NCBI GenBank assembly: GCA_028534125.1
Contig: CM052832.1
Span: 18,168,001-18,232,000, forward strand
Length of the DNA: 64,000 nt
Direction: 5' to 3'
Source: Lama glama
Lineage: Eukaryota
Shown here: positions 1 through 13,756 of the stretch, in pieces
How the letters are laid out: every line of letters starts with the position of its first letter
How positions within the stretch are numbered: the stretch's first letter is position 1
Translations under genes and position numbers: made by a program
The notes under the pieces: model-generated
Database searches by the model: none
What the model was told of the DNA's origin: nothing
What the model saw: only the letters and a program-made list of their open reading frames with translations

Positions 1-119
1 TATCGGAAAAGCTTTGGAAATGGATCGGACTTTGAAACCACAACACATTGGTCGCTCCTTGAAATTTGAACACGAGACCATCAAGTGGCCAGCAAAGGCA
101 AGCTTGGCAATATTCTTCA

Positions 120-2670
120 TAAGATTTGAACAAGACACAAAGTCTGATGTAAAAATGGCCAGGTTATAATCCAACATTATTCAGCATAAGAAGAATGAAG
201 AAAATCTTTATTAACTTGGAAAAAAGAACCAACAGATAACAATACTGACATGACACAGATTTTGGAATCCTCTGACAAATACCTTAAAGCAGTGATTTTT
301 TCAGTGCTTTGAGAATTAGGGCTGAGAACGCTTTGAAATGAATAGAGTGTTAGAAAGTATTAACAAAAAAAAATGGGATATATAAATCCAAACTGAAACT
401 TCAGAACTGAAAATGTATTAACCAAAATTATGAACAACACCTCAATGGATTGTCTTAATGGCAGAAAATGATTGAGAAAAAGTCAGTGAATGTGAAGATA
501 GAACAATAGTAACTATCCAATCTAAAAATGACACAGTGAAAAGTGTATTTTGAAAGATGAACAGAGCCTCAGGGACAAATTGGAAAATAACAAACATCTT
601 GTATTCACATCACTGTAGACACAAAACAAGAAAAGAAAGAGAACCTTAAAAATGGGAAAATTTTTTGAATTATTAGTGGCCAAAAACTTTCCAAATTTGG
701 CAAAAGATCTAAACCAGATTCAAAATGTTCAGTAAATTTCAAGCAAGATAAACTCCAATAAATCCACAGTCAGACATATTACTATTAAACTGCTGGAAAC
801 AAAAGGGAAATTTTTCTTGAAAGCAGCCAGAAGAAAACTCCAATCTGAATGGTTTTGGATTCCTCATCAGAAATCATAGAGGCCATAAAGAAATGATATG
901 ACTATATTAAATACTGAAAGAAAAGACCAGAATGCTAATATAGCAAAATATTCACACAAAGAGGTAAAAAATATATTTTGATTTGGAGTTAAACTGAGAG
1001 AATCCATTGCTTGCAGAAGTGCTTAAAAAAAAAAAAAAACGTAAAGTTCTGAGACAAGAAAAATGATACCAGAAGGAAACTTAGAATAGCATGAATGAAT
1101 GAACAATAGCAGAGATAGGAAATATCTGGGTAAACATGACAGACTGTTATTCTCTTGAGTTCTGTAAAGTATGTTTGATGTTTGAAAGTGAAAATTATAA
1201 CATTATCTCATGGAGTTTTTATTATANNNNNNNNNNNNNNNNNNNNNNNNNNNNNNNNNNNNNNNNNNNNNNNNNNNNNNNNNNNNNNNNNNNNNNNNNN
1301 NNNNNNNNNNNNNNNNNNNNNNNNNNNNNNNNNNNNNNNNNNNNNNNNNNNNNNNNNNNNNNNNNNNNNNNNNNNNNNNNNNNNNNNNNNNNNNNNNNNN
1401 NNNNNNNNNNNNNNNNNNNNNNNNNNNNNNNNNNNNNNNNNNNNNNNNNNNNNNNNNNNNNNNNNNNNNNNNNNNNNNNNNNNNNNNNNNNNNNNNNNNN
1501 NNNNNNNNNNNNNNNNNNNNNNNNNNNNNNNNNNNNNNNNNNNNNNNNNNNNNNNNNNNNNNNNNNNNNNNNNNNNNNNNNNNNNNNNNNNNNNNNNNNN
1601 NNNNNNNNNNNNNNNNNNNNNNNNNNNNNNNNNNNNNNNNNNNNNNNNNNNNNNNNNNNNNNNNNNNNNNNNNNNNNNNNNNNNNNNNNNNNNNNNNNNN
1701 NNNNNNNNNNNNNNNNNNNNNNNNNNATGACAGACTGTTATTCTCTTGAGTTCTGTAAAGTATGTTTGATGTTTGAAAGTGAAAATTATAACATTATCTC
1801 ATGGAGTTTTTATTATATCTACATGTACTGTATATATAACATAAAGGGGTTATGGCCAAGGTACCTAATGGTGGTGATGTTTCTAAACTCAACATGAATG
1901 GTAATTTATTGATTCTAAATATATTGTGAAATGTTAAGGATATGTATGGTAATCAAGAGACTACCTACTAACAATATTTAAATAAGCCAAGTGAAGGTAG
2001 GAAGAAAATGTAACAAAGAAGAATGAAAAACAAAGGGAACAAACCATTAATAAATTATTAAATAGTACATCTATATGCAAACTTATTAATAATAATATTA
2101 TGTGAGTTTCTTATGGTCAGTATATTTATTTTTAATATATTCTGACAATCTAGACACATCAATTAAAATCAGAGTTTGTCAGAATGTATTAAAAAATATG
2201 CTAACCTTAAGAAACTCATTTCAAATGTAGTTGTGTGTGAGACTAAAATTTAAATACTAAATTAAAGTTACATAGGCGATTGAAAGTAAAGAATGAGAAC
2301 AGAGACACCACACAAGGATTAATTTTTTTAAAAAATTGCTGAAGTGGTTATATTAGTATCAGACAAAGTAGATTTCAAAGCAAAGAAAATTTCCTGGTGT
2401 GAAGATAGAAGTTACATAATTATAAGGCATCAGCTCACCAATGAAATAACTATTCTAAAAGTATATGCCTCTGACTAGAGCTTCAAAACTCATAGATAAA
2501 AGCTTATAAACCTGAAAACAAAAATAGAAAAATCCACAGTTACCATTACACATGTCAACACTCCTCTCTTATTAATTGACAGATCTAGTAGACAACAAAT
2601 CAACAAACATATTGAAGAACTAAACAACACTCTCCATCCGTGGATCTAATTGACCTTTTAAAGAAAAATA
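120..2670 (+). mobile_element. Old LINE-1 remnant (ORF1 to start of ORF2), interrupted by N gap
   Basis: A-rich sequence with L1-like phrases (gaacagagcctcagggac, cttgaaagcagccaga, tcagacaaagtagatttcaaagcaa, tggatctaattgac); no intact ORF; boundaries approximate. Confidence 0.7.
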
Positions 2671-3913
2671 TCACAAAGTAGATAGGAACAAGTGTCAAAG
2701 AGTTGAGATCATATCAAAACTGAGAAATCAGGAATTGTTGGAGTGAAGGAGAAAAAGAACTTTTTGAAAGTTGTTTACCAGTAAATGCCAGTGAGACTGA
2801 AAGTGGTGAAACCGGAAGTGGGACATCCATGTCCATATCTACCCTTCCAGCACCAGAGGTCTGGGTGGTCAGGTTCCTTCTAAATCACCTGAGCCTACTG
2901 CAGTGCCTGGCACAGAGCAGCTCCCCAGTGAATGTGTACTGAACGAATGGAAAGGAAGTCATAGATTTAAAAGAGATTCACAAGACTGATGTTCAGTATG
3001 TGGCAAGACAGTGGATGTGGGTTTTGAAGGAGGAGAATGAGCCAAAGTTGACTTGGAAGTCTAAGACCAAAAGTCCAGAACAGGGGAGGCTGGAAATTAG
3101 ACAGTTGGTGTGTGGATGAATGGGCTACTGTGGAGAAGAACAGGCAGTGAGATCATGAGCTGGAACAGAAAAAAAGATCACAATTTGAAATCTACTAATC
3201 TGTTTATCAATTCATGCTTTGCTGGTTAGCAGACTAAGACCTTAGAAACATTACTTAATTTCTCTGAGCCACCAACATAATCTGGAAAATACAAATTATA
3301 TACATAGTTGTTGCCAAATTTCAATTGAACTATATGAAAGTATCTCTGTAAATTTCTTAGTATCATTTAGTGGCACATAAGACTGGGGAAAAAATGGAAG
3401 ATTTTTTGGTTAAGTTTAGTTTGTGGTTTTTTTGAATCAGGAATGTCTCCAGTCATGTCTGTGCAAGTGGTGATGCAGAGTTAAGACGGAGAAGTATAGA
3501 CTGTATATAAATTCACTGACAAATTCACTCAGTCAGTGAACTAATATGAACTGGGCACCTCCAAGCTTATTTTGAACATAGGGTACCAAGGGAAGTGTAA
3601 GGAAGTGACTGAGATTTCTGAGGGAGAAAAGAGGCTGATCATTGGAACATAAGAGGGAGAAAGAACAGCAAAAGACAGGTACAGTTGTCTCTGGTCCTGC
3701 AGGCAGAGGGTCCAATTACTGGATGAATACTGCAAAGGTGTAGACTCCATCATTTCTTGATGTGGAATCCTTCAGGTGCCGAATTGGCTTATGTGCAGTG
3801 ATTTTCAAGCTGCACTGATTGTGTTCTTTAAATGCTGGAAACTGATAATGCAGCTGTGTTTGGAGAATAAGATTTTATATTTTACTTTGAATGTGAGCAG
3901 GTCATAAAGTTTT

Positions 3914-3986
3914 CCTCTCTTAGTGCAGTTGGCAGCATATCAGCCTCATAACCTTAAAGTGTGGATCTTAAATTTTGCAGAGGGCA
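3914..3986 (+). pseudogene. Degenerate elongator tRNA-Met(CAT) pseudogene
   Basis: cctctcttagtgcagttggcagcatatcagcctcataaccttaaagtgtggatcttaaattttgcagagggca aligns end to end (73 nt) with the intact tRNA-Met at 9132-9204; CAT kept, T-arm/B box destroyed. Confidence 0.8.
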
Positions 3987-4432
3987 GGTTTTCTTACTTT
4001 TCACAGTTGATGTAACATGACATTGCTCTATGTAGTATGTTCAAAAGAAAGGATTGGAAATAGAACACAAAATAAAAGCAGCAAAAACAGATTTTAAAAA
4101 ACCTCAAATCAGTAAACCATATGTAGTTTGTCCCAATCCCCACTGAGAATGGTTAAATCACTTCCCAGTGGTTTGATAATATGTGTGATGAAGAAATTTA
4201 GATTTCTAGAAATGCCAGAAACTACAAGCTATATCCTATAGTTGATCTTCCTCACCATCTGATGAGGGAAGTAGGGGAAATTCCTCTTCCACTTTGTGTT
4301 TTGAGGGTAACTTAATCTGTAGTTTTGGGGTGAAAGAAGTGTAAAATCATTCATTCATATATTTATCTAACAAATTTTTCTTGGGCATATATCCTTTTGG
4401 GGACTGTTCTAGGTGCATTAATTCAAGAATGG

Positions 4433-4437
<5 letters not shown>

Positions 4438-4476
<39 letters not shown>
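4438..4476. repeat. (CA)n microsatellite
   Basis: Pure AC run seen directly. Confidence 0.95.
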
Positions 4477-4479
<3 letters not shown>

Positions 4480-5363
4480 TCTCTTCTTGTAAAGTTATAT
4501 CCCAGGTGAGAAAATAAAGAAATAGACAAAAAGCAAATAAGAAAAAAATGAATAATAAGCTAGGTAATGTTTACTATGGGGTAACAGTTAGTCATTAAAG
4601 TGATCAGGCGTGTAGAGGTGGCATGTTTAGCTTTGAAAGGAAGAGTCAGAAAAATTGTTACCTTGATTATACCATTTAGTCTCTTCTTGTTTGCTGGGAT
4701 CCTTGCCCAAAGCTTTCCTAACACTTTCACTAAAGTAATTTTTACACATCAAGGCAACTGGGGGTTATGAAAGCTTTTTTGCCATAAGATAGGTGGGCAC
4801 CAGGGAGAAGATAACTCCCAGATGGTTTTTGGTCTAATATCCAGTTGGACAAGCAAAGGGTAGTGAAAGACTCAATGTTCTGTATGGGATATTTCCTTAA
4901 GTCCACTATTTCTGGAATCAAGTGTGAGAAGAGAAAAGAAAAGACATAGAGATGAAGAATGGGGCAGAGGCAAGGGCCTGAGTCGCTCTGAAATGCTTTA
5001 GCTAACCCTGCTCATGCCAAGGACAGCCCTGCAGGAAGTAAGCAGATGCATAACCAGAAAAATGCATCTCAGGAGCTAGTCATGGCTAAGAAATATTTGA
5101 ACACCTTGAGGAAGAGATGCAAAACCGAGGTCGTTATGCCTGTGTTTCTGTTTTTCAACGTTGTTCCCCGATTCCAGTTTCCTTCTGGAATCTCGAAGAG
5201 CTATTAAGATCCCTTCAATCATCTGATCCTCCAAAGACACAACACCAGAAGCACAAATCCACTCTATATCACTTCAAGATTAATCGGTGCACATTAATTT
5301 ACATTCTTTTCTTAGAGTTTTTATAACACAGCGTTATCAAGTGAGTAGGCGCAAAAGTACAAT

Positions 5364-5438
5364 TGGCCCATACGGGGGTCGAACCCGCGACCTTGGCGTT
5401 ATTAGCACCACGCTCTAAACCAGCTGAGCTAACAGGCC
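5364..5438 (-). tRNA. tRNA-Ile(AAT)
   Basis: Reverse complement GGCCTGTTAGCTCAGCTGGTTTAGAGCGTGGTGCTAATAACGCCAAGGTCGCGGGTTCGACCCCCGTATGGGCCA; A and B boxes present, TTTT terminator just downstream. Confidence 0.9.
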
Positions 5439-8400
5439 TGACACCCCCAACACTTCTCTATCTTTGACTGGATATTTAAAGGTGAATGTTATTTCAATCA
5501 TCAAAGAAAGTTTTTTCCTCAAGTTCATCTCAGAGCTTGAAAGAAGTTACAATCCTCGATTTGTTTTAAGCCTAAAGTTTCAGCTAAAGTTTCTGCAGAA
5601 GGAAAGTTCAATTATCAAAATTTCAGGTGCCTGCTTAGGTGTTTTATGATGTTGGGTTTTCATGAATAATTTATTTAAAATGGAACCTCACCATATTTCA
5701 CCCTGTCTCTCTGGTGCTTCTCTTCCTCCTTTTTACTTTGCTTCCATTTCCTCCTGGGTGACCCTCGGAAAACTGACGGAAGGTGAAGTTACCGCCACTA
5801 GCTCTCCACCCGCTGTCAAGGCAGACGTAAGTCGCCCACCCAGGCTCCTCCGCACGTTGGTTTCTGGCACAGTTCCCGCTGTGTTCTCCACTCATTTCCC
5901 CATAAACGGAGTATTTGGTTCCTCCCGCTTCCCATTTTTAGTTAATTTGGGAACATATTCCCATACTGCTATTTGAAAAAGACACTTTAGATAAATACGT
6001 TTCATTGCAGTCTTTGTGTATGTGTTTCTTTTCTTCTTCATGAAACAGATTTAGTCGATTGACACCTTGTGCACAAAAAGACTCAGCTTTGAAGTTTCGA
6101 CATATGACCTTGAGAATGACTCGCTAGGAGCTCCACGGATCTCTCTGTCTGACAGGTTAATACTTTCTGCCCCAAAGATCAGACCTAATTTCTCCTCTGC
6201 CTTCTGTGCTTCCGCCTAGCAGGCCATTTCTCCCGTAGAGAGAATAACGGTTCCTAGGGATTCTTTTTTGGAAAGTGTCTCGGATCCCCTCCTAATATGG
6301 TTCGCAGCATGCTCCGTCAATAGAGTGGTTGAATCCCCAGGGATACCCACGGTAGCTATGTATTGCATTATTGAATAAATAAGAGTTGCAATCCACTGCT
6401 TTGCTTTATATTACAGAAGTTCAGCCTCCGTGCCTGGACCATTACGCTAATATCCTGTTTCTTCTCTTCGCTGTTCGACTCGACTCTCACGTCTCCTCAA
6501 TCCATTTTTCACGGGGTTGGCCGGTCTTTCTGCCTCATTCCTGAAATTCTGTCCACTGACCCCTCTATGCAAACTGATCCTTGATAATGTTCCTTCGTGC
6601 GGTATTTCCTCCACCCCACCCCCGAGTTTCCGCGCTTTGCACTGTAGAGAAATGCCTTTCCGTGAGGTAGCTGGAGGTGTCCTCCGCAGAGAGTGATTTT
6701 GAACATAGCCTTGAGTAGAGAAAACGGAAAGGAAGAAAGGAAATAAGGCTGTCAGAAAATGGCTTGAGAAAACACACATTCTCATTATGCCTTTTTTTCT
6801 GATCTCAAAGCCAGAGCCCCCAGAAGGGAAAGAAAGAAATCACTGCGGAAATTTCCGAGGTTATTGTGGTTAGAAAGCAGAGCACTAAGATCACTGCGCG
6901 CCACTAGAAACGGGCGAGCAACATTTTGCTCTTACTCTTTTGTTGTAATAGTGAGAAATGTAAACACTGCACGAACTTGGGTGAGGGGGGCGAGATGAGA
7001 GTATTTCCGGTATGGCAGATTCCCATGGCTGTTTCAGAAACTTCGAAGAGCCCTGCATTTTTCTGCATTTCCTGATCATCATTTGTTTCCCAGTGAACTT
7101 CCTCCATGCAAGAACATGATGCAGAGGAAAACTCTTCCTCTCTTCGCCTCCAAATTTTGAACTTGATGACTGACCAGAGCGACCATCTTATTCCCACACC
7201 AGCCAAGTCCCTTAGAACATGAAAAGTTTAAAACAGGCATTTTCAAGTCGTCAAGAAAAGAAATGTCTTTCGGCCTGAATGCAGAGACTAGCAGCTGCTG
7301 CGAGGTCCCATTCCACAAGCCAATCTGCCTGGGACACCCGCGGAATTCTTGCGCGGTCATTGAACACCCATGCTCTCCTTCATCACTAGAGAGTCTTTGG
7401 AGGACGCAGTTTCGAGGATCCAGAAGAGACCCTGAGCCTTTTTCATCCTGGAGAAAAACAGGAGAGTCCCGGCGAGGAGTTCACAGTTCGTGGCATTGCG
7501 AGCAAGAGGACGTGGCACCTGAAAGACATGATCACTTTCTAATTTCCTCAGACTATTTGAGGTATGCTGAGAGATCATCAGTTTGAGGTTTTCTCGAGGA
7601 CCATCCCTTTCCCAGGGCCGCTTTCATGTCCTGAGTATCAGCCACAGAAATCTTGGGATATGTGGGGCTTGGGCTCAAGTTGAAGAAGGAGAAAGGCTGT
7701 GAGGGAGAGCCCCAATGCTCAGTCCTGCTCAGTGAATTCATTCTCCTGACTGCTTTGATCTTAATAGATTCTGAGAAGATGATGGGCTGGAATTGCTTCT
7801 AGGTATTTTCTGCTATGATGTTTCTGCATATTTGTGTCTATCTCCAAGAGTCTCTAAAAACAAAAGAGAAAAGACTATCCGGGTTTTGTGTGTGTTACAC
7901 AGGAGACCGGCCTCTTTATTTCCTTTTATAACTTTGAACGTTTCTAAAATTATTGCTCAGGACCGGCATTACCAGTTGAAGTACAGAGTCACAGACGACT
8001 TTGATGGGATCCTGAGCAAATGGGTAAAAGGACAGACTTCCCAACACTCTCTTTCTTCCGCTCTTCCTGTGTGAATTCATTTTCTATAAATTCCATTGAG
8101 TGTCATAACTTTCCTTTGCCCGGATCTCCAGCTCTTTGTAATCCCCTCCCCAAGCCAGAATCTCCTGAGAGATCTTAGACCCGCAAGTTCTCTCTCATCT
8201 AGCTTCTCTAGGTCCCTGTCATTGACCTTTCTTATTTCCCAGGTTAGATCCCCACGTAAATCTCAGATCCAGTTAGCGGAGAGGTCTGGTCACCATTAAA
8301 ATTAGGTTTTTCTTGGCTTCTATAACAGAGGATTGGGGATCCATCTGACATAAAGCACAGCGCATTGCTGAAGTGAAAAATGACCAGCTCAGCCTCGCAA

Positions 8401-9131
8401 AGACCTTCTTCCTCTTTGAGCATCTCTGCACGCTCAGAGATCCTCCATCTCTCTTCCACTGTTTGCCTCCACTAGTACAAAATTGGATTGTCAGTTAAGA
8501 CATCGCGAGCCTTATCAGGTGTGGAACTATACGGGGGGAGGGGTGGATCAAGACTTCGATTTACTACACTTCCAATATTTCAGTGTCCAGTATTTCTCTG
8601 TCATCTATGGGCTCATAGAAATTTTAAAGACCCACCCTTGCCCCACCCCCACCCCCACCCCAAGTCAGTGTTTTCTAGATCTATGTTGAGCTATAGTCAA
8701 CAGGGAAGTTGCGGCTACCCATCAACAGGGTAAGGAGATGCTCAGCTGGAGAATGTGGGCATGGATCCTGCAGGCTCCAGCCTGAGAAGGTGGTGATGTA
8801 CAATTGCCACGGCTGTTTTGAGCGTGTAGTTATTTCGGGCCAGAAGTTTTATGCCCCTACCTGGCTTTTCAGGACTACGCTGGACCTCCAAGATTCACAG
8901 CCAGCAGATGGAGTGTCTCCAGAACCCCTCAGGAAAACAGCCATTGTGCGGAGCCAGGAGTGGGTATCTAACGGGGACCAGAAGCGGTTAGCCTGAGAAA
9001 GCTCTGGTCCGGACACAATCTCACTTTTTGATACTTCAGAGCAGAAGTAACTTCGTCCCAGAGGTAAATAAGTACAGAAGCAAATACCAGCAATACGAAC
9101 ATACATAAGAGAAAGGAAAGAAAAAAAGACA

Positions 9132-9204
9132 TGCCCTCTCTGAGGCTCGAACTCAGGACCTTCAGATTATGAGACTGACGCGCTGCCCACTGCGCTAAGA
9201 AGGC
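9132..9204 (-). tRNA. Elongator tRNA-Met(CAT)
   Basis: Reverse complement GCCTTCTTAGCGCAGTGGGCAGCGCGTCAGTCTCATAATCTGAAGGTCCTGAGTTCGAGCCTCAGAGAGGGCA, followed by a long T-run terminator. Confidence 0.95.
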
Positions 9205-9619
9205 GTTGGAAACACAATCTTGGCCATACTGTAAAGAAATTATCTAATTTCTTTCCCCGAAAAGGACTACATTCTAGATTTTCGATTTCCTTGGTCCAGA
9301 GTTACTGGTTATCCAAGATATGTCCAAATATCTGGACTCCTTTTTAGTCCCGTGCTCAAAAGAGCTTCATACCTGGAAACTAGTGTATCCACTGAACAAC
9401 TGTGTATCCACTGAACCTCTGGCTGATGTTTTCCAGTAGTTAAATGAATATACATTTCCCAAACTTACCTACAGTCCACACTTTCGTGTCTTAATTTAAA
9501 TCTACATTTCCACCTATGTTGCCTGAGATATTCCCCTCAAAAATCACAAACTCATTTTATAAGTCTCCATGTTTTCTTCACTTCTATGTACAAAAAATTC
9601 TGTTCCATTCTATCAAAGT

Positions 9620-9751
9620 GGGAGGGTATAGCTCAGTGGTAGAGTGCATACTTGGCATGTATGAGGTCCTGGGTTCAATCCCCAGTTCCTCCACTAAAGT
9701 GAATAAGTAGATCTGACTACCTACTCCCCCCGACCCTTGCCCTGCAAAAAA
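9620..9751 (+). mobile_element. tRNA-derived SINE, Vic-1-like (camelid)
   Basis: gggagggtatagctcagtggtagagtgcatacttggcatgtatgaggtcctgggttcaatccccag head with A/B boxes, non-tRNA tail (ctccccccg) and A run. Confidence 0.75.
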
Positions 9752-10153
9752 GATTCCGTTCACTCAATTTCATTTAGCCCAGTTTATTGCCATAATTCTA
9801 TATATCAGAATTATAGAAATGTAATTTTATATATCATTATTCACACTTTACTGATGAAACTGAGACCCAGTAGAAATAGATTCACAGCTGCTAAATGGCA
9901 AAACCAGATGTTGAAAGCAGATTTTGCTGATTCCAAAAACTGTGCTTTCTTCACTTTAGATTATGTTCTTTCCATCATTTCCCCCCGTATTACCACATTC
10001 ACTCATTATACAAATATTTATAGAATTATAAGTCCTTCAGTCCATTCAACAGACACTAATTCACAACCTGCCATGTGCCTGGCACCTGGGTTCAAAACTT
10101 CCAAGTCAACCTTGGCCTTTTGTCCCTCAAATCTTCACAAATACCTTAGATCA

Positions 10154-11447
10154 TCAGTTCTCAAAGTGTAGTGCCCAGACCCATGGAGGTTCTGAGATAC
10201 TTTCAGGATACTTGTGAGGCAAACAATATTTTTGTAATAATATCAAGGCTTTATTTGCTATGAAAAAAATCTGATGGTGCACAACAGAGCACAACAGAGC
10301 ACAAAGCTGCTGGTCCCTCCGATATGTCAAGGCAGTGACATCAATTGATACTAACAGCCATTGTGACCATCTGCCATACACTCAGAAGAAAGAGAATGTA
10401 TTATACTCAAGAATATCCTTGATAGAGCAGTAAAAAATATTTATTTTGTTAACTCTCACCCTTAATTACATGTCTTTATAATAACGTGTGTGAATAAATG
10501 AGAAGTGCAGAAAAAGCACTTCAGCTGTGCACCAAAAGAGATAATTGTCTTTAAGAAAAGCAGTTGGGTGACTTTTGAGCTGTGAGCTGTTCTAGCTGTG
10601 GTTTGTTTATTTGTCTCATGGGACACCATTTTTATTTGAAAGAAGCAACAAAAAATTATAATATATTCAGACATTTTATTGAAAATAAAAAGAATTCAGC
10701 CTGTCACTTCAAAGAAAATAATTGACAGAATTTGTTTGCAATGATAAAATATTAGGCTTCAAGTGAAAATTAGCATTTAGGAAACTTCATGCATTTGTAG
10801 TTTCCCAATACTTTGAGGTGTTTCTGATGAGATTGGTGATGTTATTAATGAATGTTCTTTTCTGTATTTCTTTGATATCATATGCTGAAATGTTTCAGCG
10901 CTTGGAAGGGCTAAACTTCTCAGTGGACCAACTTCTTATTAAATCATGCATGGGTAAAAGATCCTTTCAAAGTTAGTAATAAGGTTTCAGATTCCACATT
11001 ACTACCAACCCTAAGAAGGTACTACCTGTCAAGTTTTGGTATAAAATAAAAGAAGGACATCCACAATTACCTGAAAAGGCCATTAAAATACTGTTTCCTT
11101 TTCTAACAATATATCTTTATGAAGCCAAACTTTCTTCGTGTGCTTAAAACATTATATCTCAACATTTTGAATGTAGAAAGAGACCTTAAAAATCTGTCTT
11201 CTATTAAAGCAGTCATTAAAGAGAGTTATAAAATACATTGTTATTTTTCATAAAATTATATTATTTATAATGACATCTAATAGATTGATCCTTGTTATTA
11301 AAAATAACAAATAGACATTTTTTAATTTGCAGTTTAAAATTTTAGCATAGTAAATATTGATAGATATAATTCACAAAGATCTTTATGTTTCATGATAATT
11401 TTTAAGAGTGTAAAAAGTTCTGACACCAGAAAGTTTTGATGACCACT
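10154..11447 (+). mobile_element. hAT-Charlie1-type DNA transposon fossil
   Basis: Starts cagttctcaaagtgtag, ends ttttgatgaccacta (degenerate inverted termini); internal sequence resembles Charlie1 consensus as recalled. Confidence 0.7.
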
Positions 11448-12221
11448 ACAGTAGATTATTTATACAGAACCTTTCTTGACTCTCCCTCTTTCTTTTCATT
11501 CCATTATTCATTCTACTCATAATTATTGAGGACCTGTTCTGTGCCAGGCACTGTACTGGGATTGGGGATTCAGAGGGAATTGGGCAACCCTTGATCTCAG
11601 GAGCTGACAGGATAGAACAAGGCCCAGGTCCCACACTCTCAAACTTCCTCATTCTTACAGCTAAAAACATCCTCCTAAATATTTCATTTTGATAATATAA
11701 CCCTGGTCTGGTGTCTCTTTGTGTCTTAACTGCCCATTCTATTAAGGACACCAGTCCGACTAGATTAGGGCCCATGAGTTGCTTAGGAATCTGTTTGCCT
11801 GTCTTGTGGTCGAAACATCCAGTTTAATTTTGTTGTGGCCTAAGCACGTTGTCTATATGAGGATTTTGAGTTATTTGGGATTAAATTTATTCCAAAGAGA
11901 GCCATATTTTCATAAAACTACCATGAATAAAAAGAAAAGTATATTCTACAGTTACAATTTATAATATTTTATACGTGTTTACTAGATAACTTCATTAAGC
12001 ATACATTTCAAATCTCATCTTACTAATTATTTATTTAACAAATTTCTTTCAATTTTATATTATGTGTATTGGTGCTTAATTTTTGTAAGGGCATAGAAAC
12101 TAAACTTAGTATTCTATTTTCCTGGTAAATTGTTCTATTTTTATTATGCTTTTCTCTAGAAAATGTTTTAACCTAATCTTTAGTTTTGTCTCTGACATAA
12201 TATTTTATGTCTTCAGCTTTC

Positions 12222-12371
12222 TTTTTTTTTTTAATTAGACAAACAGCTTTATTGATAGATGAGGAGAGCCAAGCCCTCTCCTCTCCTTCCCCACCCCACC
12301 TTTGCTGTGATCCCGGAAGCCTTCACCTCAGGATAAGGTCATCCATGTGGTCCTGAAGCCTAAAAGCTCAC
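12222..12371 (-). pseudogene. Short retroposed mRNA 3' fragment, parent unidentified
   Basis: Poly(T) at 12222-12232, tttatt (minus-strand AATAAA) at 12248-12253, flanked by cagctttc+T run and cagctgtc+T run (TSD-like). Confidence 0.6.
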
Positions 12372-13756
12372 CAGCTGTCTTTTTTTTTTTTTTTTTTTTT
12401 AGGATTGGCCAGGTAGAATTTTCAGCCTTAAACTTTCAAATTTCAAAGTCTTAATTTTTAAGTATGGCTCCTGTAAACAGTATATATGGCTTTTTAAAAA
12501 AATTAATCTAGCCTGAAAGTAATTCTCTTTTAGAGAAGTTAAGTTCATTTATATTAATTGTGATGTTATTGTATTTGTGTCAAGCATTTCACTATGCCTT
12601 TCTCCTTCATCCCTGTCCACATTTTTACTGATGTTTTAGCTTTTCTTATTAAATATTTTTCTCTATCATTAGGCAGTAATAAGCTCTAAGTCTATTATTT
12701 TATCCATTTGCTTAGATATTTTAATACCTAGATAATAATAGATAATAGTGTTGTTCAATATCTCAAACTAATGCTGAATAAAAGAAAATTTTCAAGAAAC
12801 ATGTATGTTATTTTTTGTCCAATATTTTAGTTCTACCATACTTTGCAAAGTATAATTCAACATTGTTTTTCAAGAAGTTAACATATGTTTATATTTACCC
12901 ATGTATTTATTTGTTTTCTGACCATAACTTGCATTGCAAATCTGATAGAATGCAAATCTTTGTCATTTTTGTTTATGGATTTGTCAGAACAATGTCTCTG
13001 AAAATATTTGCTGAAGGAATATATCTATAAAAATTTCCTTCTTTCTATATTGTATTCTTGAGATTTCCTTTATTCAGGGTCATTGTGGGATAAATTCTCA
13101 AATTTTCTTTTGTCTTATGATATCTTTGTGTCACTACCTTCCTTCAAAAAAAGATTCACTAAATAAAATTTCAGTTGAATAGCTCTTTTATTTCTTCAAC
13201 TTGAAAATCCTATTAAGCTATTTTCTAGCTGACAATGTCACCTTCGTAGGCAATCTGTTTTCTATTTTTTTAAGGATTATTAGTCTCTAGTGCCACTTTG
13301 GTCCTTTTTTTCTTTTCCTTTTCTTCTTCTTCTTTCACTATGATGTAACTAGTTATGGATTTCTTTTTATATTTCCAGATTTTGGTGAATTGGACTTCTT
13401 GACTCTTTCTCTTCCTATAAGTCTTGAATTTACAGGTCAAAAATTTTAGGTATTATGTGTTCAGTTTTTTTTTATTGTGGGTCCCATACCCAACCTCTTC
13501 TCCTCATAGATAGAAGTTATTGCAATTGTCACTGAATATGCCAGTGTTCAGTCAGATGACCATCCTTGATAATCAGCAGAAAGGAACTGATGGAGGCATA
13601 GCCACGTGTTAGAAATGTCTGAATATTAAAGAGCATTAACTTATTGCTTAAGATGAAAGTAATAAAACCTCCCCAGGTTTTACTACCATCAGAAGCAGCC
13701 TCCTAAAAATGAATAGCAAGTATAAATTCTAGAGCTTCAGATTATAATGCTGACAA

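Noticed and set aside
1136..1817. Identical 91-bp direct repeat (1136-1226 and 1727-1817) flanking the N gap
   Set aside because: Exact duplication at both gap edges is typical of unmerged overlapping contig ends, so an assembly artefact
4662..4912. Minus-strand exon-like segment with pyrimidine-rich acceptor and AAG|gtaac donor
   Set aside because: Stops in all three frames, no partner exons and no recognisable homology
9383..9416. Short tandem duplication gtgtatccactgaac x2
   Set aside because: Two copies only; ordinary slippage duplication, not an array
9620..9695. Apparent additional tRNA gene
   Set aside because: Acceptor and anticodon stems do not pair properly, and it continues into a SINE tail
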